Source: Actinomycetota bacterium
GTDB taxonomy: Bacteria; Actinomycetota; Actinomycetes; S36-B12
Direction of reading: 5' to 3'
DNA length: 64,000 nucleotides
Assembly: GCA_030645615.1 (NCBI GenBank)
Contig: JAUSNB010000015.1
Coordinates: 35 to 64,034 of the forward strand
Each line of letters begins with the position of its first letter. Positions within the stretch are counted from its first letter, which is position 1. The notes beneath the pieces were generated by a model. That model was not told where the DNA came from. It searched no databases and saw only the letters and a program-made list of their open reading frames with translations. The translations under genes and the position numbers were made by a program. This document shows, one piece after another, positions 60,207 through 64,000 of this stretch.

Positions 60207-61382
60207 ATGCCGCGCCGCGACGACCCGCTAGTCCCGCGCATGGCCGAGCACGCCACGTCGGTCTTCGGGGAGATGTCCGCCCTCGCCGCGCAGGTCGGCG
60301 CGATCAACCTCGGGCAGGGCTTCCCCGACACCGACGGCCCGCAGTCCCTGAAGGATGCGGCGATCGCCGCGATCCTGGACGGCCGCGGCAACCAGTACCC
60401 GCCCGCGCACGGGGTCCCCGCGCTGCGCGAGGCCATCGCCGAGCACCAGCGCCGCTTCTACGGCCTGGCCGTGGATCCCGTGACCGAGGTGGTGGTCGGG
60501 ACCGGCGCCTCGGAGGTCATCCAGTCGGCGCTGCTCGCGCTCGTCGACGACGGCGACGAAGTCGTCATGTTCGAGCCCTGGTTCGACATCTACGGGGCCG
60601 GCATCTCCCTCGCCCGGGGGACCCGGGTCGGCGTCCCGATGTCAGGCCCGCTGCTGCGCCCCGACCTGCAGGCCCTGCGATCCTCGATGACCGCTCGGAC
60701 CCGCGTCATCCTGCTCAACTCCCCGCACAACCCGACCGGTGTCGTCTTCACGCCGGAGGAGCTCGCCGAAGTCGCCCGCATCGCCATCGAGCACGACGTC
60801 TACGTCATCTCCGACGAGGCGTACGAGCACCTGTGGTTCGACGAGCACCGGCACGTGCCCATCGCCAGCCTGCCCGGCATGCACGAGCGCACGGTGACCA
60901 TCGGCTCGGGCGGGAAGAGCTTCTCCTTCACCGGCTGGAAGATCGGCTGGGGCACCGGCCCGCGGGACCTCATCGCCGCGGTGCGCACGGTGCGCCAGCA
61001 CCTGTCCTACGTGTCCGGAGGCCCGTTCCAGTTCGCCATGGCCCATGGGCTCGGGCTGCCGGACGACTACTTCACGGACTTCCGCGCCGACCTGCAGCAC
61101 AAGCGGGACCTGCTGTCCTCAGGGCTCGCGGACCTCGGGATGCGGGTGATCGTCCCGCAGGGGACGTACTTCGTCACGACCGACGTCCGGCCGCTGGGCT
61201 TCGAGGACGGGCTCGCCTTCTGCCGCGAGCTGCCGCACCGGGCAGGGGTCGTCGCGATCCCGCACAGCGCCTTCTGCGACGACAGCAGCATCGGGGCGCC
61301 CTACGTGCGGTGGGCGTTCTGCAAGCGGCCGAGCGTCCTCACCGAGGCGCTCGAGCGGATGCAGGCGGGGCTGCCGGGCTGA
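60207..61382 (+). CDS. class I/II pyridoxal-phosphate aminotransferase
   Basis: AINLGQGFPD, NQYPPAHG, NSPHNPTG, and the PLP-Lys region SGGKSFSFTGWKIGW. Confidence 0.85.
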   Translation: MPRRDDPLVPRMAEHATSVFGEMSALAAQVGAINLGQGFPDTDGPQSLKDAAIAAILDGRGNQYPPAHGVPALREAIAEHQRRFYGLAVDPVTEVVVGTGASEVIQSALLALVDDGDEVVMFEPWFDIYGAGISLARGTRVGVPMSGPLLRPDLQALRSSMTARTRVILLNSPHNPTGVVFTPEELAEVARIAIEHDVYVISDEAYEHLWFDEHRHVPIASLPGMHERTVTIGSGGKSFSFTGWKIGWGTGPRDLIAAVRTVRQHLSYVSGGPFQFAMAHGLGLPDDYFTDFRADLQHKRDLLSSGLADLGMRVIVPQGTYFVTTDVRPLGFEDGLAFCRELPHRAGVVAIPHSAFCDDSSIGAPYVRWAFCKRPSVLTEALERMQAGLPG

Positions 61383-61384
61383 GC

Positions 61385-61651
61385 ATGGCGATCCTCGTCG
61401 ACGAGTGCGCGTGGCCGTGGCGCGGTCGCCTGTGGTGCCACATGGTCAGCGACACCAGCCTTGACGAGCTGCATGCCTTCGCCCGATGGCTCGGGGTGCC
61501 CGAGCGGGGATTCGGGGGCGACCACTACGACCTCCCCGAGGAGGCGCGCGCCCTCGCGATCGAGGAAGGCGCCGTCGCCGTCACCTCGCGCGAGGTGATC
61601 ATGGCCCTACGGGCCGCGGGCCTGCGTCGGCCCAAGCGCCACCAGCCCTGA
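61385..61651 (+). CDS. DUF4031 domain protein
   Basis: MAILVDECAWPWRGRLWCHMVSDTSLDELHAFARWLGVPERGFGGDHYDLPE. Starts 2 nt after the upstream stop. Confidence 0.7.
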   Translation: MAILVDECAWPWRGRLWCHMVSDTSLDELHAFARWLGVPERGFGGDHYDLPEEARALAIEEGAVAVTSREVIMALRAAGLRRPKRHQP

Positions 61652-61718
61652 CGTGCGCATGCCGCGCATCCGCCTGGAGACCGGCCTACCGTGGACGTGA
61701 CTCCTCCAGGAGGTCGCC

Positions 61719-63020
61719 ATGCCCACGGGAGATCGATCGCGACGATTCATCGGCCTGCTTGCGGCCGCCGCCCTCGTGACGGGGGCGATGACGCTGGCCT
61801 CGGCCCCCTTGACCCGGGCCAGGGACGAGTTGGTGCCCGACCACGTCGTCACCACGTGGACGAGCATCGGGGACCCGCAGGTGGTCGTCACCAAGGCCGG
61901 CGCCACGTATACGGGCACGGTCCTGCGGGCATTCTCGCTGCCGAACCAGCACCGGTGCGAGTACCAGCCGGGACAGGTCATCTGGACGATGCAGTGGAGC
62001 CGCGACGTGACCACGGTCCACCCCACCTACTCGGGCATGGCCCTCGTGTTCGACAACAGAACGTGCGCCGCCGCCCTCGAGCCTGCCGCCTTCCTGCTCG
62101 GCGAGGCGGTTGGGCCCCAACTGACTCTCCATGTCGGGCCGCGCGTGATGTCGGAGGACTCGTGGTCGCAATACTCCATGACGGCCGAGTGGCCGCGCAT
62201 GGGCGACCTCACGCCTCCGGTCGTCCACGTCAAGAAGCTGCCCGGCAAGACGGACACGTCCGCCCGCGTGCAGTTCTGGGTCAAGGACAACAGCCGAAAG
62301 GCGAGGCTGACCTGGACGCTCTACTCCGACGGGACCGCCGCCAGGCACGGTGGCGGCAGCGCCCTGCAGCAGGCGACGGGCACCACGCAGGTGACGACGG
62401 TGAAGGCCGTCAACGGTTTCCCCGGCCCGTACTACGTCTGCCTCGGGGCCGAGGACGCCAACGGGAACAAGAGCCGTGCCTGGCCGAACAGCTCATGCGC
62501 CTGGGTTCCGTTGCTGGTGGACCTCGCTGACTCGCCTGTCATCAACGGATGCGGCGGCTCGCAGTGGGGAGCGACCGCCGGCGAGGTCCAGGCGCTCGTC
62601 CTCGACGTGCGCACCTACGGCTCGACGGTCGTCCGGTTCGCGGAGGCCTGCAACATCCACGATGCCGGCTACGCGGGGATCACCGTGCACGACCCCGTCA
62701 GCGGCGATGTGATCGACTTCCGGAAGTGGACTCGCGAGTCGGTGGACGAGCTGTTCCTCGAGGACCTCCGCGCCCTGTGCGTTCGCCGGCTGGCGGGCAG
62801 GGAGAGCGCCGCGCTCGTCCGGGAGTGCAAGAACGGCGACCCGGTAGCGCAGGCCCTGCTCATGGTCGGGGCAGCACCGCCGATTGGGGCTCTCACGTAC
62901 TTCACGGCCGTTCGCACCTTCGCCGTCGATGCCTACGACACGAACGCCACCCTGCCCGGAACGCAGACCAACAACCGGCCGACCACGTGGCCAACGGGCG
63001 GACGCCGGGACAACGGCTAG
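61719..63020 (+). CDS. secreted protein with C-terminal prokaryotic phospholipase A2-like domain
   Basis: Signal/Tat-like N-terminus (SRRFIGLLAAAALVTGAMTLASAP). The C-terminus NGCGGSQWG...FAEACNIHDAGY...RESVDELFLEDLRALC...ECKNG...YFTAVRTF follows the 4-Cys plus HD pattern of Streptomyces-type PLA2, from memory. Confidence 0.55.
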   Translation: MPTGDRSRRFIGLLAAAALVTGAMTLASAPLTRARDELVPDHVVTTWTSIGDPQVVVTKAGATYTGTVLRAFSLPNQHRCEYQPGQVIWTMQWSRDVTTVHPTYSGMALVFDNRTCAAALEPAAFLLGEAVGPQLTLHVGPRVMSEDSWSQYSMTAEWPRMGDLTPPVVHVKKLPGKTDTSARVQFWVKDNSRKARLTWTLYSDGTAARHGGGSALQQATGTTQVTTVKAVNGFPGPYYVCLGAEDANGNKSRAWPNSSCAWVPLLVDLADSPVINGCGGSQWGATAGEVQALVLDVRTYGSTVVRFAEACNIHDAGYAGITVHDPVSGDVIDFRKWTRESVDELFLEDLRALCVRRLAGRESAALVRECKNGDPVAQALLMVGAAPPIGALTYFTAVRTFAVDAYDTNATLPGTQTNNRPTTWPTGGRRDNG

Positions 63021-63038
63021 CAGCCGCCGGGGCGCCGG

Positions 63039-64000
63039 TCAGCCGGACGTGAGCACGAGGTCGCTGCCGTCCGGCAAGGTCTCCACCCGCACCACGTCGC
63101 CGTCGCGGATCTCCCCTGCGAGGATGCCGCGCGCCAACTTGTCGCCGATGGCCACCTGCACCAGCCGGCGCAGCGGCCGTGCTCCGTATACCGGGTCGAA
63201 CCCGCGATTGACCAGCCATTGCATGGCCTCGTCGGTCACGGACAACGAGATCCGGCGGTCCTCCAGCCGCTGCTGCAGCTGGGCGACCTGGATGTCGGCC
63301 ACCTTGACCAGCTGCTGCCGGTCCAGCGGCTCGAACGTGACCAGCCCGTCAAGGCGGTTGAGGAACTCCGGCCGGAACTGCTGGCGGACCAGCGCCAGCA
63401 CCTGTTCCTTGCGCTGCTCGTACGGGACCGTGACGTCGATGAGGAACTGCGACCCGGTGTTCGAGGTGAGGATGAGGATCACGTTGCGGAAGTCGACGGT
63501 GCGGCCCTGGCCGTCGGTGAGCCGGCCGTCGTCGAGCACCTGGAGCAGGATGTCGAAGACCTCCGGATGCGCCTTCTCGACCTCGTCTAGCAGGACGACC
63601 GAGTAGGGCCGGCGGCGCACGGCCTCGGTGAGCTGGCCGCCCTCCTCGTAGCCCACATAGCCCGGAGGCGCCCCGACCAGGCGGGACACCGAGTGCTTCT
63701 CGGAGTACTCGCTCATGTCGATGCGCACCATCGCCCGCTCGTCGTCGAACAGGAACTCCGCGAGAGCCTTCGCCAACTCGGTCTTCCCCACACCCGTCGG
63801 GCCGAGGAACATGAACGAGCCGGTCGGCCGGTTGGGGTCGGAGATGCCCGCGCGGGCGCGCCGCACCGCGTCGCTGACCTCGCGCACGGCCTCCGACTGG
63901 CCGACCACGCGCTTGCCCAGGTCCTCCTCCATGCGCAGCAGCTTGGCCGTCTCCCCCTCGAGCAGGCGACCGGCGGGGATGCCGGTCCACGCCGCCACGA
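63039..64000 (-). CDS. clpB: ATP-dependent chaperone ClpB (3' part; 5' end beyond the window end)
   Basis: NBD2 motifs [24 protein letters not shown] and GARPLRR. The frame stays open to the window edge. Confidence 0.95.
   Translation of the reverse strand, partial: VAAWTGIPAGRLLEGETAKLLRMEEDLGKRVVGQSEAVREVSDAVRRARAGISDPNRPTGSFMFLGPTGVGKTELAKALAEFLFDDERAMVRIDMSEYSEKHSVSRLVGAPPGYVGYEEGGQLTEAVRRRPYSVVLLDEVEKAHPEVFDILLQVLDDGRLTDGQGRTVDFRNVILILTSNTGSQFLIDVTVPYEQRKEQVLALVRQQFRPEFLNRLDGLVTFEPLDRQQLVKVADIQVAQLQQRLEDRRISLSVTDEAMQWLVNRGFDPVYGARPLRRLVQVAIGDKLARGILAGEIRDGDVVRVETLPDGSDLVLTSG

Noticed and set aside
61703-61716. CCTCC-a-GGAGG just upstream of the PLA2-like gene as a Shine-Dalgarno-sequestering hairpin.
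   Set aside because: A 1-nt loop cannot form. It is probably just the Shine-Dalgarno plus a fortuitous complementary run.

Overview
The window is a very G+C-rich, densely packed chromosomal segment (about 70 protein genes), typical of an actinobacterium. I found no rRNA, tRNA, CRISPR array, integrase, transposase or recognisable phage-defence cassette. All protein calls come from reading the supplied translations for motifs I recognise; nothing was searched.

Gene content:
- The core of the window (about 25-51 kb) holds nine purine-biosynthesis genes: purM, purF, purL, purQ, purS, purC, purB, purD and purA. Conserved actinobacterial neighbours sit among them: a BldC-like regulator, a PlsC-like acyltransferase, DUF3073, a sterol-carrier-family protein, DUF3151, fba, pyrE and the 3' part of clpB.
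- Two ABC importers lie between purF and purL. One is polyamine-type (PotABCD-like) and one is Fe(III)-type (FbpABC-like).
- The left 21 kb looks more accessory. It carries a PadR-DUF1048-DrrAB-like exporter operon, a rifampin ADP-ribosyltransferase (arr), VOC, SRPBCC and GNAT genes, a GGDEF cyclase, and a 739-aa surface protein with six tandem Ig-like repeats. It also carries a LAS-type wall hydrolase, a CopC locus, a secreted nuclease and PPK2.

Items most worth a second look:
1. An in-frame TGA splits an otherwise intact class II fructose-bisphosphate aldolase.
2. An 18/19 match to the IdeR/DtxR iron box lies in front of the Fe(III) ABC operon.
3. A secreted protein has a C-terminal domain with the prokaryotic phospholipase A2 Cys/HD pattern.
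4. A roughly 150-nt leader precedes the wall hydrolase. It has alternative pairings and a Shine-Dalgarno-sequestering helix, and weakly resembles the c-di-AMP (ydaO) riboswitch.
5. A perfect 15-bp-stem hairpin lies upstream of the DUF3263 gene.
6. A structured, relatively AT-rich spacer separates the two ABC operons.
7. An AT-rich repeat-bearing operator region lies between padR and the DUF4287-arr pair.

I could not identify a clearly novel multi-gene system. These candidates are offered with the caveat that every one needs a database or covariance-model check.
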